A stretch of DNA of 64,000 nt from Phormidesmis sp. (GTDB lineage Bacteria; Cyanobacteriota; Cyanobacteriia; Leptolyngbyales; Leptolyngbyaceae), in assembly GCA_965248535.1 (NCBI GenBank), contig CBDFJR010000002.1:96001-160000 (forward strand). Reading direction: 5' to 3'. The translations under genes were made by a program, and so were the position numbers. The number at the start of each line of letters is the position of its first letter. Positions within the stretch are counted from its first letter, which is position 1. Below are positions 21,003 to 31,987 of this stretch, piece by piece. The notes below the pieces were generated by a model, which worked only from the letters and a program-made list of their open reading frames with translations, had not been told where the DNA came from and ran no database searches.

Positions 21003-22286
21003 ATGAGCAAATTGTTGAAGTGGGTTGACAAGATAATCGTTATTTTCAGCCTGCTTTACTATACAGGGACGCTGAATTTTTTGGGTGGTATCACTATCGC
21101 AGATGATCCTGCCCTCAAACGAACAGAACCGACGGAAGGCGCGGTGCTGAGTATGATTCAACTCTTGCTTTACGCCGCTACTCTCTTGATGACGGGTGCC
21201 CGCTATAAGCAAATTCTTTATGTTGCCAGCAAGCGTAAAGTCTTCTGGGGGTTTGTTGCAGTTATTCTACTGTCATTTTTGTGGTCTCAGGTTCCTGACA
21301 TTACGATGCGACGAGCGGTTGTGTTTCTAGGAGTTACCCTGCTAGGGTTGAATATTTCTGTTCGTTACACCATCAGAGAGCAATTGTTTCTTCTAGCCTG
21401 GACAATGGGGATTATGGTTCTCATTAATCTTGTATTTACACTAGGATTTCCCTGGGCAGCGATCGAAGCCGGAGAACATCAGGGAGCTTGGCGAGGGGTC
21501 TATGCCCAAAAAAATATCCTTGGTAGAAACACAGTTTTGAGTGCAATTATCTTTTTGTTAGCAGCGATGGAGAGTCGTCCTCATCGGACTATACTCTGGG
21601 GCGGTTTGGGGCTTTCCGTTCTGCTTATTCTATTGTCTGGGTCTAAAGGTGCCCTGGTGGTGTTTTTAGTTCTGCTGGCTCTGATCCCGTTGTTTAGTGC
21701 TCTACGATCAAGCAATAGTTTGGTTTTACCGTTGTTAATTATAGGGATACTGGTAGGAGGTAGTATCGCTACTTTACTGATTGGAAATACAGAAACAATC
21801 GTAAAATTTTTGGGTCGAGATTTGACGTTAACAGGCCGCACTGGAATCTGGTCAGTTGTGATCAGCAAGATCGCCCAACATCCCTGGCTAGGCTATGGCT
21901 ACAAAAGCTTTTGGCGGGGCATGGACGGAGACTCAGCCGATGTTTGGTATGAGACGTTGTTTATGGCACCCAATTCACACAACGGTTTTTTAGATTTGCT
22001 GGTAGACCTAGGAATCATCGGTTGTTCATGCTTCATCCTGAGTTTTATCAAAAACTGCGATCGCGCGATCGTTTGGTTGCGCTTAGATCCGACAGCCGCC
22101 GGGTTACTCCCGATCATGTATCTCATGTTCATGTTTCTCTACAACCTAACAGAAAGCACAATCCTGGATCCGGCTATCTTCGTCTTGCTTCTCTATCCCG
22201 CCATCACGACTTCTGTCCTGACTCAGCCCATTGCGATCAAAACGTCGGCTTCACCAGAATCAACCATTCACCCCTCAGGAGTCTAA
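21003..22286 (+). CDS. O-antigen ligase / Wzy-like polymerase
   Basis: WRG...QKN, LTGR..IW, HPWLGYG, HNGFLD. Confidence 0.85.
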   Translation: MSKLLKWVDKIIVIFSLLYYTGTLNFLGGITIADDPALKRTEPTEGAVLSMIQLLLYAATLLMTGARYKQILYVASKRKVFWGFVAVILLSFLWSQVPDITMRRAVVFLGVTLLGLNISVRYTIREQLFLLAWTMGIMVLINLVFTLGFPWAAIEAGEHQGAWRGVYAQKNILGRNTVLSAIIFLLAAMESRPHRTILWGGLGLSVLLILLSGSKGALVVFLVLLALIPLFSALRSSNSLVLPLLIIGILVGGSIATLLIGNTETIVKFLGRDLTLTGRTGIWSVVISKIAQHPWLGYGYKSFWRGMDGDSADVWYETLFMAPNSHNGFLDLLVDLGIIGCSCFILSFIKNCDRAIVWLRLDPTAAGLLPIMYLMFMFLYNLTESTILDPAIFVLLLYPAITTSVLTQPIAIKTSASPESTIHPSGV

Positions 22287-22289
22287 AAG

Positions 22290-23387
22290 ATGTCTAAACG
22301 ACTAGCTATTTTTGTACACAGCTTATATGGGGGTGGAGCAGAACGGGCAATGTTAAATCTAGCACGGGGGTTTTCAGAACAGGGAATTCAAGTAGATTTG
22401 GTACTGTTGCGGGTGGAAGGTGCCTATTTATCCCAGCTACCACCAGAAGTGCGGGTGATTGATCTAGGCAGAAAGCGATTGTGGCAAAGTTTGCCTGCTC
22501 TAGCCAACTATCTGCGCCAAGAAGCGCCACCAGTGATGCTTTCAACATTAGATGATACCAACATTGCTGCCTTGTGGGTGCGCCGTCTGGCTGGTAGTAA
22601 AACCCGGCTAGTTGTGAATGTGCAAAATACCATCTCCCAAGATGCGAAAACTGCAACCGATCTAAAAACTCGACTAATGCCCTTATTCGTGCGTTGGTTT
22701 TTCTCCTGGGCTGATGCTGTCGTACCTGTATCTCATGGGGTTGCTGAAGATTTGGTGCAACTAGGAGTCGCGCTCGATCTCATTCATGTGATCCCCAATC
22801 CAGTCATTACGCCAGAGGTGTTTCAGAAGGATAGGGAAACCATTGATCATCCTTGGTTTGCTCCTAATCAATTGCCCGTGATCTTGGGTGTAGGTCGGTT
22901 GAATCAGCAAAAGAATTTTCCCACCTTGATCCGGGCGTTTGCCGAGGTGCAACAGCACCATCCCTGTCGATTGGTCATTTTAGGAGAAGGTGAGGAACTA
23001 GCATCCCTGAAAATATTGATCCAAGAACTGGGACTCAGTGACGTTGTTGATTTCCCAGGCTTTGTGAGCAATCCCTATGCCTACATGGCACAGTCTGCCG
23101 TTTTTGTCCTTTCGTCCCTGTTTGAAGGCTTGCCAAGTGTGCTGATCGAAGCTCTGGCGATGGGAACGTCGGTTGTAGCAACCAACTGTAAGAGCGGGCC
23201 ACTGGAGATTTTAGAAAGCGGGAAATACGGCAAATTAGTCAACGTCGGCGATGTAGAGAAAATGGCGATCGAGATCCTAGAAACATTGGCATCGCCAATG
23301 GATGCAGAGATGCTCCGACAACGAGCGCGAGAATTTACCCTGGAGCGATCGCTCTCCCAATATGCTGAGGTGTTGCAGCTTGTTTAA
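22290..23387 (+). CDS. Glycosyltransferase family 4
   Basis: GGAER, VGRL..QKNF, SS.FEGLPSVLIEA. Confidence 0.9.
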   Translation: MSKRLAIFVHSLYGGGAERAMLNLARGFSEQGIQVDLVLLRVEGAYLSQLPPEVRVIDLGRKRLWQSLPALANYLRQEAPPVMLSTLDDTNIAALWVRRLAGSKTRLVVNVQNTISQDAKTATDLKTRLMPLFVRWFFSWADAVVPVSHGVAEDLVQLGVALDLIHVIPNPVITPEVFQKDRETIDHPWFAPNQLPVILGVGRLNQQKNFPTLIRAFAEVQQHHPCRLVILGEGEELASLKILIQELGLSDVVDFPGFVSNPYAYMAQSAVFVLSSLFEGLPSVLIEALAMGTSVVATNCKSGPLEILESGKYGKLVNVGDVEKMAIEILETLASPMDAEMLRQRAREFTLERSLSQYAEVLQLV

Positions 23388-23498
23388 GGCGATCGGGTTA
23401 CAGCCAGGGTATGTGAAACTGACGTGCGATCCGATTCTGGAGACTGGTTGGCTTCTTTGTCGTTACTCCATTCACTTTAGATTTAGAGGTCTATAACG

Positions 23499-24683
23499 AT
23501 GAGTGTTCCTAAGTTACTCATTTTTTCGGCTGATTCATCATACGCTGGTCTGGCTCGACTGCCTAAAGCCCTCAAAGGCGCTGGATTTGAGGTTGCTGCC
23601 TTGTGTTGGTCAAGTGCCTTTCTGTCTAAAACACGTTACCTTGATCAACTTTTTCTCTTAAGCAAAGATCGGCTTTTTTGTCTAATCAGAACGATGGATT
23701 CAGCTAAACTTTTGCAGCAGCTAGTCAAGGTTGTAAAAGTTTGGCAGCCATCTCTCGTGATCTATGGCGACGAAATGACTGTTGCGTTTGCTCACTATAT
23801 TGTTCGCCATGCAGTCAAGTTTGCAACGATCTTGCCAAACGATGTTTTAGGGTTGCTTCAATCGTCACTGGGAGACCCTCAATTTTTTGAAGCGACCCTG
23901 CTAAAGCATAAGACTTTGGAGGCTGGCTATGCACTGGGGCGACGGGTGCCTGCCATAGACTCAGTAGTTGATGAACAGGAAGCGTGGCAGTTTGCTGAAA
24001 AAGTTGGCTACCCAGTTGTGGTGAAGAAAGGCTTTAGCTGTTCTGGGGTTGGAGTCAAAGTTTGTCACAGTGATACAGATTTTTCATCTGCATTGCAGGC
24101 GTTTCTGCCCCGCCCATTGGCTCCTCTCAAGAGTTTTATCCGAAAGCAACTGCGTCGCGATTGGTTCCCAGTTGAAACAGCATTGGGACTACAGCAGTTT
24201 ATTCGGGGACGCACCGCAATGTATCCTCTAGTTGCTATGGAGGGAGAAGTTCTGGCAGGATTTGTTGCGATTAAGGAACTAACCTGTTCGGAAAATGGCC
24301 CCAGCAGCGTCATTCGTCTGGTTAACCATGCCGAAGCGGGAGCGACTGCTGCTGCCCTGATTAAGCAGTTTCGGTTTACAGGGTTTGCAACAGTTGATTT
24401 CATTATTGAGGAAGGGAGCGATCGCGCCTACTTGCTGGAATTTAATCCCAGACCCGTTCCTGTTTGTCATTTGGGTGCGTTAGCTGGGGTCAATTTGGGG
24501 GCAGCCTTATTTGCCCGCATCAGTGGTCATCCCTGGGAACCTCAAACAGTTATGGAACAAGAACAGTTAGTTGCACTGTTTCCACAAGAGTGGCGGCGTG
24601 ACCCAGACAGTGCAAATTTACGCCAGATCTACCACGACGTACCCTGGGACGATCCAGACCTAATGAGAGCTTATACAGCCTAA
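23499..24683 (+). CDS. ATP-grasp domain protein
   Basis: GYPVVVK, G.GV, QQFIRG, FTGFATVDF, LLEFNPR. Confidence 0.85.
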   Translation: MSVPKLLIFSADSSYAGLARLPKALKGAGFEVAALCWSSAFLSKTRYLDQLFLLSKDRLFCLIRTMDSAKLLQQLVKVVKVWQPSLVIYGDEMTVAFAHYIVRHAVKFATILPNDVLGLLQSSLGDPQFFEATLLKHKTLEAGYALGRRVPAIDSVVDEQEAWQFAEKVGYPVVVKKGFSCSGVGVKVCHSDTDFSSALQAFLPRPLAPLKSFIRKQLRRDWFPVETALGLQQFIRGRTAMYPLVAMEGEVLAGFVAIKELTCSENGPSSVIRLVNHAEAGATAAALIKQFRFTGFATVDFIIEEGSDRAYLLEFNPRPVPVCHLGALAGVNLGAALFARISGHPWEPQTVMEQEQLVALFPQEWRRDPDSANLRQIYHDVPWDDPDLMRAYTA

Positions 24684-24833
24684 GAGGATGTTTGAAAAGT
24701 ATTTTTTCTGACGTTACAGTTTCTCGCCTCCCCTACATCACCCTTAAAAAGGGGGACTCTGATGTCTTGTTCCCCCTTTTTTAAGGGGAGCTAGGGGGAT
24801 CTCCTGACGATTTGATACTTCTCAAACATCCCC
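24684..24833. mobile_element. MITE-like element (150 bp)
   Basis: TIR GAGGATGTTTGAAAAGT...ACTTCTCAAACATCCCC flanked by TAA/TAA; the left TAA is the stop of the ATP-grasp gene. Internal CCCTTAAAAAGGGGG palindromes. Confidence 0.75.
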
Positions 24834-24972
24834 TAAGAATGTATCTAAGAAATGTTCAATCTCTCTTACTGCCTGTCAGAGAGAGAGAAACGAAAGACTG
24901 TTTAAGATTCCTTCGCCTAGGAGATTTCCAGAAGTTTCTGATGGCACAGACCACCGTTTAGTAGGAGCACCT

Positions 24973-26331
24973 ATGAGCAAAAGTTCAATACACGGACTGA
25001 CTGATTATCTGATCAAACCGATCTGTCTTACCAAAAATGCCCCAGAAACATCCAATTCTTGGAGAGCACAACTGGCATCTTTAGCGCTCATTCTCTTTAT
25101 TGCACTAATCGCGTTCTGGAGAATTAAATCCAAAATTGTAGGAATTGATGATCCATACTGGTTGAGAGATTTTTATTTTGCCTACTATCCCGCAGGTCAC
25201 CTAGTATTTAGCGATCCAGGACAACTCTACGATTTTACAAAAGTAGAGTTTGGCCCCAGGGTTGGATTGCCCCAGCCAGTGATCTATGGGTTTGTCAATC
25301 TTCCGATCGTCGCTTACCTGTTTACGCCATTTTCCTGGCTCGGTCAATTTCCAGGAGACTTTTTGTTTACCCTGATCGGAGTTTTGACAGTCATTTTCTC
25401 CGGTTGGCTACTGATCAGATTAGCGGATCTTCAGGGGTGGAAACGCATTGTTTTCAGCGTGCTCTTGGCACTAAATGCCCCTATATTTAACAGTATCTGG
25501 TTAGGCAACTCTACTCATATAGTTCTGCTGCTGGTGATTGCATCTTTCTGCTGCCTGCGTGGGAAGAAGGATGCTTGGAGTGGAGCCTTGTTGGCGATCG
25601 CTGGGTTGATTAAAATTCCCCTATTATTCCCAATCTTGTACTTCGTTTTAAGAAAACGCTGGCAGGCGGTAAAGGGGTTTTTTGCTACTCTGTTAGCGAT
25701 CGTAAGTCTATCGATTTTGGTCTGTGGCTTCAATTTAAATCTCGTCTGGTTCCAAAAATGCATTTTAACCTTCTCTGGCAAAGTCGTCGCGGGCGATACG
25801 GTTCAGTCTGTTGACTCATTTTTGATCCGACTGTTGACTAATGCACCAATTAGTAGTTATGACTATGTAGAAGGTGATTGGGTCTTTAAGCTACTGCGAT
25901 ATGCAGTGTTCCTAGTTCTCATTGGTGGGACGATGCTGACCATGCTGCGTTCCCGATCAGTTCAATCTACCGAGACTGAAAGCTTAGAATTTTCTAGTTT
26001 TTTATGTTTGACTTTGCTGATTAGCCCGATCTCTTGGACTCACTATTACCTTCTCCTGGTGTTGCCGATCGCCCTTTATATGGGTGGACAATTAGGCATT
26101 TCAAACCGATGGCAATGGTCTGCTGCAATGGTGTTGAGTATAGTCCTCTTGATCACGCCCAATATCAGAAATATCCCGCACCATCCCGTCATGGCTGCTT
26201 TGACGCGCCACATACTGGTCTCCCACTATTTTTGGGGTGGCATCTTGTTGTTAGGGGTTTTATTGGCAACGTTAATAAAACAACAAAAACTTAGTTCGGG
26301 TTCGTCATCTATATCAGCCGAAAAGAGTTGA
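24973..26331 (+). CDS. GT87 / DUF2029 family membrane glycosyltransferase
   Basis: DF..AYY, FVNLP, GN, A..IKI, ISPISWTHY. Confidence 0.8.
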   Translation: MSKSSIHGLTDYLIKPICLTKNAPETSNSWRAQLASLALILFIALIAFWRIKSKIVGIDDPYWLRDFYFAYYPAGHLVFSDPGQLYDFTKVEFGPRVGLPQPVIYGFVNLPIVAYLFTPFSWLGQFPGDFLFTLIGVLTVIFSGWLLIRLADLQGWKRIVFSVLLALNAPIFNSIWLGNSTHIVLLLVIASFCCLRGKKDAWSGALLAIAGLIKIPLLFPILYFVLRKRWQAVKGFFATLLAIVSLSILVCGFNLNLVWFQKCILTFSGKVVAGDTVQSVDSFLIRLLTNAPISSYDYVEGDWVFKLLRYAVFLVLIGGTMLTMLRSRSVQSTETESLEFSSFLCLTLLISPISWTHYYLLLVLPIALYMGGQLGISNRWQWSAAMVLSIVLLITPNIRNIPHHPVMAALTRHILVSHYFWGGILLLGVLLATLIKQQKLSSGSSSISAEKS

Positions 26332-26380
26332 TATCAGAAAAAGCTCAATGTACTAGTAGTCCGCTCATTTAGTAAAGCAA

Positions 26381-27631
26381 ATGCAGTTTGATAAAATTTC
26401 CTCCGCGTTAGCTCGGCCCGGAAAGTCTTTGCCGGGAACACTTGCATTGATTTTGTTGATTGGACTAATTGTTTATAGAAGGATACACTCAACACCACCA
26501 GAACTTCTTGACTTCTATAATGCTTATTACCCAGCAGGGCGGCTGATTTTTGAACATCCAGATAGACTCTATAGTTTTGCCAAATCAATTATTCTTGGGT
26601 TTGTCAATCTGCCGATTATTGCCTATCTATTGACACCATTTTCATTGCTTGATCAGTATCCGGCTGGCATTCTGTTCACGCTTCTGGGCGTTGGGTCGGC
26701 CATTATCTCTGGCTGGCTTCTCATTAAATTGGCTAACCTGAATGGCTGGAAGCAGGTTGTGTTCATTCTGCTTCTAGCGATCAATACTCCAATTTATTAC
26801 AGCATTTGGTTGGGCAATTCTACTCCAACCGTCTTCCTGTGCATCATTGCCTCATTCCTATGCTTTCGTCTGAAACGAGATACCTGGAGCGGGGTATTTC
26901 TAGCGATCGCTGGGCTGCTTAAAATTCCACTCTTATTTCCCATCTTATATTTTGTCCTGCGAAAACGCTGGCAGGTTGTCAAAAGCTTTTTCGTCACCCT
27001 GTCTGCTGCTGTGGGGCTGTCAGTTTTGGTCTGCGGATTAAACTTAAACGTGACCTGGTTTAAGGAATGTATTTTGGCATTTGCTGGCAAGGTTGTTGCT
27101 GCTTACAATGTGCAATCTGTTGACTCTTTTGTGATCCGCTTAGTCACCAATGCTCCCATCGATACTTGGGACTATACAGAAGGGAGTTGGTTATTTAAAC
27201 TGTTACGCTATAGTTTGTTTCTCATCCTCATTGGGGGAACAATTTTCACCCTTCTGCGGTCTCGTCAGATTCAATCACCCGAAGTTGAAAACCTGGAGTT
27301 TTCCAGTTTTCTTTGCTTGGCATTGCTCGTCAGCCCAGTATCTTGGACTCATTATTACCTTGTTTTGCTCTTGCCGATCGCCCTCTATTTGGGGGGACAG
27401 TTGGGTATCCCCAATCGATGGTATTGGGTTACTCCAATGATGGTTAGCATTTTGTTACTCACTTTACCAAACGTGAGAAGCGTCACCTCTGCAAATCCTC
27501 TGCTTGCCGCTCTTACCCGTCATCTTCTGGTTTCCCACTTTTTTTGGGGAGGTGTCTTACTTCTAGGAATCTTATTATCTGCACGATTACGTCTCGGTTC
27601 GGCAGGCTACGCCAGTAGAACTCAAGAATGA
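26381..27631 (+). CDS. GT87 / DUF2029 family membrane glycosyltransferase (tandem paralogue)
   Basis: Same motifs, and long identical blocks shared with the upstream ORF (KIPLLFPILYFVLRKRWQ, VQSVDSF, LEFSSFLCL). Confidence 0.8.
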   Translation: MQFDKISSALARPGKSLPGTLALILLIGLIVYRRIHSTPPELLDFYNAYYPAGRLIFEHPDRLYSFAKSIILGFVNLPIIAYLLTPFSLLDQYPAGILFTLLGVGSAIISGWLLIKLANLNGWKQVVFILLLAINTPIYYSIWLGNSTPTVFLCIIASFLCFRLKRDTWSGVFLAIAGLLKIPLLFPILYFVLRKRWQVVKSFFVTLSAAVGLSVLVCGLNLNVTWFKECILAFAGKVVAAYNVQSVDSFVIRLVTNAPIDTWDYTEGSWLFKLLRYSLFLILIGGTIFTLLRSRQIQSPEVENLEFSSFLCLALLVSPVSWTHYYLVLLLPIALYLGGQLGIPNRWYWVTPMMVSILLLTLPNVRSVTSANPLLAALTRHLLVSHFFWGGVLLLGILLSARLRLGSAGYASRTQE

Positions 27632-27836
27632 TTCGAGAGACCTCAGCGATTGAAGCCATTATTGATCAAGCCCCACAAAATGGGTCGCAGGGCAAAGCCC
27701 CACAGTGGGGTTTAGCTTTTGATCTATGGCAGGTTTGAATCTAAATCTCTGCAATGCAGGCTTCCTAATAAAGAAGCTTCTAAAATTCTTGATAAAATTT
27801 CTGCGGCTGTTAGATAGCTCTATTAAAAAGCCAGAC

Positions 27837-28658
27837 ATGATCTCTGATAGAAACTATACAAGAAATGTTTTCTTAGTTATCCTTTGTATGGCTATCTTCT
27901 TAATAGCTGGATGCCCAAATAAGGAGGATCGCGTGATTGGAGTCTCTATGGAAGCTAGTAATCTCTCCATCGTCGAAAAATGTGAAGATTTTGCTCGTAT
28001 TCCTGTAGGTGAGTATCTGTTGGATAACAATGTGTGGGGAAAGGGCGATAGTTTAGATTACCGACAGTGTGTTTGGGCTGACCTAACCAGTAATCCGCTC
28101 AGGGCTGGATGGTCGTGGTCGTGGCCAACCTTCAACAAAAAAGTGAAGGCTTATCCAGAGATTCATTATGGGTGGGACTGGGACAAGAAATTTACAACTC
28201 CCAAATTACCGCTCAAGGTTAATAAAATTGACAAAATTCAAGCGAAATATGATATCAGCACGTCTGCGGAAGGAGCCTATAATCTTGCATTCGATTTGTG
28301 GCTCACAAAAGCATCTTTTCCAACACGAGATAATCTATCGAGAGAAGTCATGATCTGGGTGGATGGAACCCAAAAGCATAATACTGATTCAACACAGGTA
28401 GGAAGATTTAAGATTGATGGTGAGGACTATGATTTATTCATTAACCATGATTGGAATTATTGGACTTATTTTGCCTTCGTTAAGGTGATTGCACAACCAA
28501 AAGGTACGTTAAATATTCATGAATTTCTATTTTTTCTGAAAAATGCTGGATATATTTCGCCGAACGAATCTCTAGTTGAGATAGAGATTGGCAATGAAAT
28601 TTGGCTCGGAAAAGGACAAACGATCGTGAATAGCTACTCTATCAATGTTAATGATTGA
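27837..28658 (+). CDS. Glycoside hydrolase family 12 endoglucanase, probable lipoprotein
   Basis: NNVWG, KAYP, YNLAFDLW, catalytic REVMIW and IGNEIW; lipobox LIAGC from ATG 27837. Confidence 0.8.
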   Translation: MISDRNYTRNVFLVILCMAIFLIAGCPNKEDRVIGVSMEASNLSIVEKCEDFARIPVGEYLLDNNVWGKGDSLDYRQCVWADLTSNPLRAGWSWSWPTFNKKVKAYPEIHYGWDWDKKFTTPKLPLKVNKIDKIQAKYDISTSAEGAYNLAFDLWLTKASFPTRDNLSREVMIWVDGTQKHNTDSTQVGRFKIDGEDYDLFINHDWNYWTYFAFVKVIAQPKGTLNIHEFLFFLKNAGYISPNESLVEIEIGNEIWLGKGQTIVNSYSINVND

Positions 28659-28899
28659 AGCGATTTCCTGTGGTTTCGAGGGTGGGGTTTGAGTAACAAT
28701 AGCGTGAGTTTGGGATAACATGTTGCAGGCTATTTTCAATTTGGTATGAAACCCAAGTTCTAGGGCTGGTGATGCAAATCGATCGTGACGGTTGCTTCGA
28801 TAATCCCTGTTTATTTAGAGAGGGGTTAGGTATGGGTTTGATGAAAGTTGAGAAAGGACGATCGCTGCCCCTAGCCCGATCGCTAGACTTAACCCTTTG

Positions 28900-28942
28900 G
28901 TGCTGAGAGATACAAAACGCCTCTATAGTCAGCCTTTAATCT
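28900..28942 (+). promoter_or_regulatory. NtcA-type promoter of the flavoprotein gene
   Basis: GTG-CTGAGAGA-TAC (28900-28913), 23-nt spacer, TAATCT (28937-28942). Confidence 0.6.
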
Positions 28943-28968
28943 TGCAGCACTGTCTGAAGGTGTCTTTA

Positions 28969-30252
28969 ATGAATGCCCATTATTCTGTTGTTGTAGTTGG
29001 AGGCGGGCAAGCTGGGCTGTCAATTAGCTATTGCTTAACGCAGCGGGGCATTGACCACATTATTTTTGAGAAAAATCAGATCGGATATGCTTGGCGATCG
29101 AGCCGTTGGGATTCGTTTTGTTTGGTGACTCCCAATTGGCAATGCACCCTGCCAGGGCATCCCTATCAGGGTGACGACCCGAATGGGTTTATGCAAAAAA
29201 ATGACATCGTGAAATACATTGAGGACTACGCTGCGTCGTTTAATCCTCCGGTGAAGGAAGGCGTTGCAGTGCTGCGAGTTTGCAAGAATGACGATCGCGG
29301 AGTGTTTGACGTGACCACCTCGATCGGAGACTTCACCGCCGATCAAGTTGTGATTGCAGCCGGGAGCTATCATCGCCCCAAAGTGCCGCGCATGGCTGAA
29401 CGGCTGCCCGCAGAGATTGTGCAATTGCACTCGTCTGGCTATAAAAATCCGCAGGCGCTGCCCGATAAAAGCGTGTTAGTCGTTGGCACCGGGCAATCGG
29501 GCTGTCAGATTGCAGAAGATTTGCATCTGGCGGGCAAAAAAGTTCATCTCTGCGTGGGCGGTGCGCCCCGATCGCCGCGTCGATATCGCGGTAAAGATGC
29601 CGTCGATTGGCTAGAGCAAATGGGCTACTACGACCTATCGATTAATGAGCATCCTCAAAAAGAAAAAGTTAGAAGCAAAGCTAATCACTACCTAACCGGG
29701 CGCGACGGCGGGCGCGAAATTGACCTGCGCCGATTTGCCTTAGAAGGAATGCAGCTACACGGCAGATTGAAACATGTTAGCGATCGCTGCCTCGATTTTT
29801 GGGGCGATCTCAAGCAAAACCTCGACCAAGCCGATGCAGTCTCTGAAAGCATTAAAAAAACTATTGACGAATTCATCACAAGACACCAGATCCAAGCCCC
29901 TACCGAACTGCCTTACCATCCACTCTGGGAGCCAGAAGAAGACATTCTCACTCTAAATTATGAACAGGCGAATATTGGCGCGGTGATCTGGTCTACGGGC
30001 TATGAGTCTGATTTTAGTTGGGTTGAGGTTCCGGTGTTTGATGGCAAGGGTTATCCGGGGCACGATCGGGGAGTCACTCAACTTGAAGGACTCTACTTTT
30101 TAGGGTTGCCGTGGCTCTATACCTGGGGTTCGGGCAGGTTTTCAGGAGTTGCTCGCGATGCTAACTATGTGGCCGATTACATTGTGTCGAGAAAGAAATC
30201 ATCACCGTCTAGTGCGTGGAGCATTGTGAATGAATTTTTAATCGGCTCATAG
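28969..30252 (+). CDS. Flavin-dependent oxidoreductase, MSMEG_0569 family (Nit1C cluster NitH)
   Basis: GGGQAG, RWDSFCLVTPNWQC, VGTGQSGCQIAEDL, YTWGSGRF; cluster context. Confidence 0.85.
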   Translation: MNAHYSVVVVGGGQAGLSISYCLTQRGIDHIIFEKNQIGYAWRSSRWDSFCLVTPNWQCTLPGHPYQGDDPNGFMQKNDIVKYIEDYAASFNPPVKEGVAVLRVCKNDDRGVFDVTTSIGDFTADQVVIAAGSYHRPKVPRMAERLPAEIVQLHSSGYKNPQALPDKSVLVVGTGQSGCQIAEDLHLAGKKVHLCVGGAPRSPRRYRGKDAVDWLEQMGYYDLSINEHPQKEKVRSKANHYLTGRDGGREIDLRRFALEGMQLHGRLKHVSDRCLDFWGDLKQNLDQADAVSESIKKTIDEFITRHQIQAPTELPYHPLWEPEEDILTLNYEQANIGAVIWSTGYESDFSWVEVPVFDGKGYPGHDRGVTQLEGLYFLGLPWLYTWGSGRFSGVARDANYVADYIVSRKKSSPSSAWSIVNEFLIGS

Positions 30253-30363
30253 AATCTAGTCATCAAAAACCTATCGATTTAGACAGGTTTTCGATGATCA
30301 CTACCGCTTATTTTTAGCGTTCTCATCGTCACCCCTAGTCATATAACTAGACCTACAACTTTC

Positions 30364-30406
30364 GTATTCACAAATACAAAATATCTCGATCGCCAGAGCT
30401 TACTGT
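30364..30406 (+). promoter_or_regulatory. NtcA-activated promoter of the Nit1C operon
   Basis: Perfect GTA-TTCACAAA-TAC (30364-30377), 23-nt spacer, TACTGT -10 (30401-30406). Confidence 0.8.
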
Positions 30407-30443
30407 GGCATCACATCAGTCTGTTAGAGATAAGGAGACAATC

Positions 30444-30926
30444 ATGCCTGAAATTACTGCTCCCGCTCATCAGGTTGGCGATTTCTTTGTTGATTATGAA
30501 GAGAAAGTCTTTCCCGATGTCAAAGCCGATCCCGGTGAGAAAGCCTTAGTCACATTCCACACGGTGGCTTTTGAAGGCTCGATCGGGTTAGTCAATTTAT
30601 TACAAGCCACTCGCTTGCTTCGCAAAGGCTTTGAAACTTCAATCTTGTTATATGGCCCTGGCGTAACCTTGGGCATTCAGCGTGGCTTTCCTAAAATTGG
30701 TGACGAACCGTTTCCAGGCCAGCAGAATTTTAATAACCAACTCAGTAAATTTATGTCTGAGGGTGGCAAGGTCTATGCGTGTCGCTTTGCGTTGCAAGCG
30801 CTGTATGGTCACGGTGAGCCTTCTTTAATTCCTGGCATTCGTCCAATCAGTCCCCTTGATGTTTTAGATATTATTCTAATGCACCGCAAAGACGGCGCAT
30901 TTATCCTTGACACCTGGACACTTTAG
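30444..30926 (+). CDS. MSMEG_0572/Sll0783 family nitrogen-starvation protein (NitB, DsrE-like)
   Basis: [36 protein letters not shown] before ATG 30444. Confidence 0.85.
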   Translation: MPEITAPAHQVGDFFVDYEEKVFPDVKADPGEKALVTFHTVAFEGSIGLVNLLQATRLLRKGFETSILLYGPGVTLGIQRGFPKIGDEPFPGQQNFNNQLSKFMSEGGKVYACRFALQALYGHGEPSLIPGIRPISPLDVLDIILMHRKDGAFILDTWTL

Positions 30927-30973
30927 GCGATTTTCAACTAGGGGACGTTCAGCGCTTTTCTCAGGAGGAAGTT

Positions 30974-31978
30974 GTGAATTATTCGCGCACAGTTCGGGCG
31001 GCTGCGGTTCAAATCAGTCCAGTTTTGTTTAGTCGAGAGGGCACGATCGAAAAGGTGCTGACCGCGATCGCCAATGCAGCCAAAGAAGGTGCTCAACTAG
31101 TGGTATTTCCAGAAACGATCGTCCCCTATTATCCCTATTTCTCATTTGTGCAGCCGCCCGTTCTGATGGGCAAAGAACACATGCGGCTGTATGAAGAGTC
31201 TGTGCAGGTTCCCAGTCCGGCAACGGATGCCGTGAGTCAAGCCGCCCGATCGCACCAGGTTGTGGTTGTGTTGGGCATCAACGAGCGTGATGGTGGCTCT
31301 CTCTATAACACTCAACTGGTGTTTGATGCTGATGGCAGTCTGCTGCTCAAGCGACGCAAAATTACGCCCACTTATCACGAGCGCATGGTGTGGGGTCAAG
31401 GCGACGGTGCCGGACTCAAAGTGGTGGATAGCGCGATCGGAAAAATCGGTGCCCTTGCCTGCTGGGAGCATTACAATCCGCTGGCTCGATTTGCGCTGAT
31501 GGCACAGTCTGAACAGATTCACTGTGGTCAGTTTCCGGGTTCGCTGGTGGGTCAAATCTTCGCGGATCAGATCGAGGTGACGATTCGCCATCACGCTTTA
31601 GAATCAGGCTGTTTTGTCGTCAATGCAACAGGTTGGTTATCACCAGAACAAGTGGCCCAAGTCACGCTAGATGAAACCCTACAGCGAACGCTAAAAGGAG
31701 GCTGCTATACCGCTATTATTGGGCCCGAAGGAACGCATCTTTGTCCACCAATTATTGATGGAGAGGGCATGGCGATCGCGGATCTCGATTTCTCGCTGAT
31801 CACCAAACGCAAACGCATGATGGACTCGATCGGGCATTACTCTCGACCCGATCTGCTGCAACTACAGCATAATTCAAGCGCGTGGTCAGTGATAACTGAG
31901 CCATTAAAATCCGATTCAACTAGCGTTCACACCTCTGAAGACAATGGTGTTATCAATCAGAATCTAACTTCTGTCTGA
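30974..31978 (+). CDS. nitC: Nitrilase (Nit1C / Sll0784 type)
   Basis: E-K-C triad: VFPE, RRKITPT, ACWEH; GHYSRPD. Confidence 0.92.
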   Translation: MNYSRTVRAAAVQISPVLFSREGTIEKVLTAIANAAKEGAQLVVFPETIVPYYPYFSFVQPPVLMGKEHMRLYEESVQVPSPATDAVSQAARSHQVVVVLGINERDGGSLYNTQLVFDADGSLLLKRRKITPTYHERMVWGQGDGAGLKVVDSAIGKIGALACWEHYNPLARFALMAQSEQIHCGQFPGSLVGQIFADQIEVTIRHHALESGCFVVNATGWLSPEQVAQVTLDETLQRTLKGGCYTAIIGPEGTHLCPPIIDGEGMAIADLDFSLITKRKRMMDSIGHYSRPDLLQLQHNSSAWSVITEPLKSDSTSVHTSEDNGVINQNLTSV

Positions 31979-31987
31979 CGATTGATT

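Noticed and set aside
28660..28968. Possible nitG (MSMEG_0570) upstream of the flavoprotein gene, and the TTG 28897 extension
   Set aside because: No WPDG/YSPS-type ORF is visible, and the extension overlaps the NtcA-type promoter.
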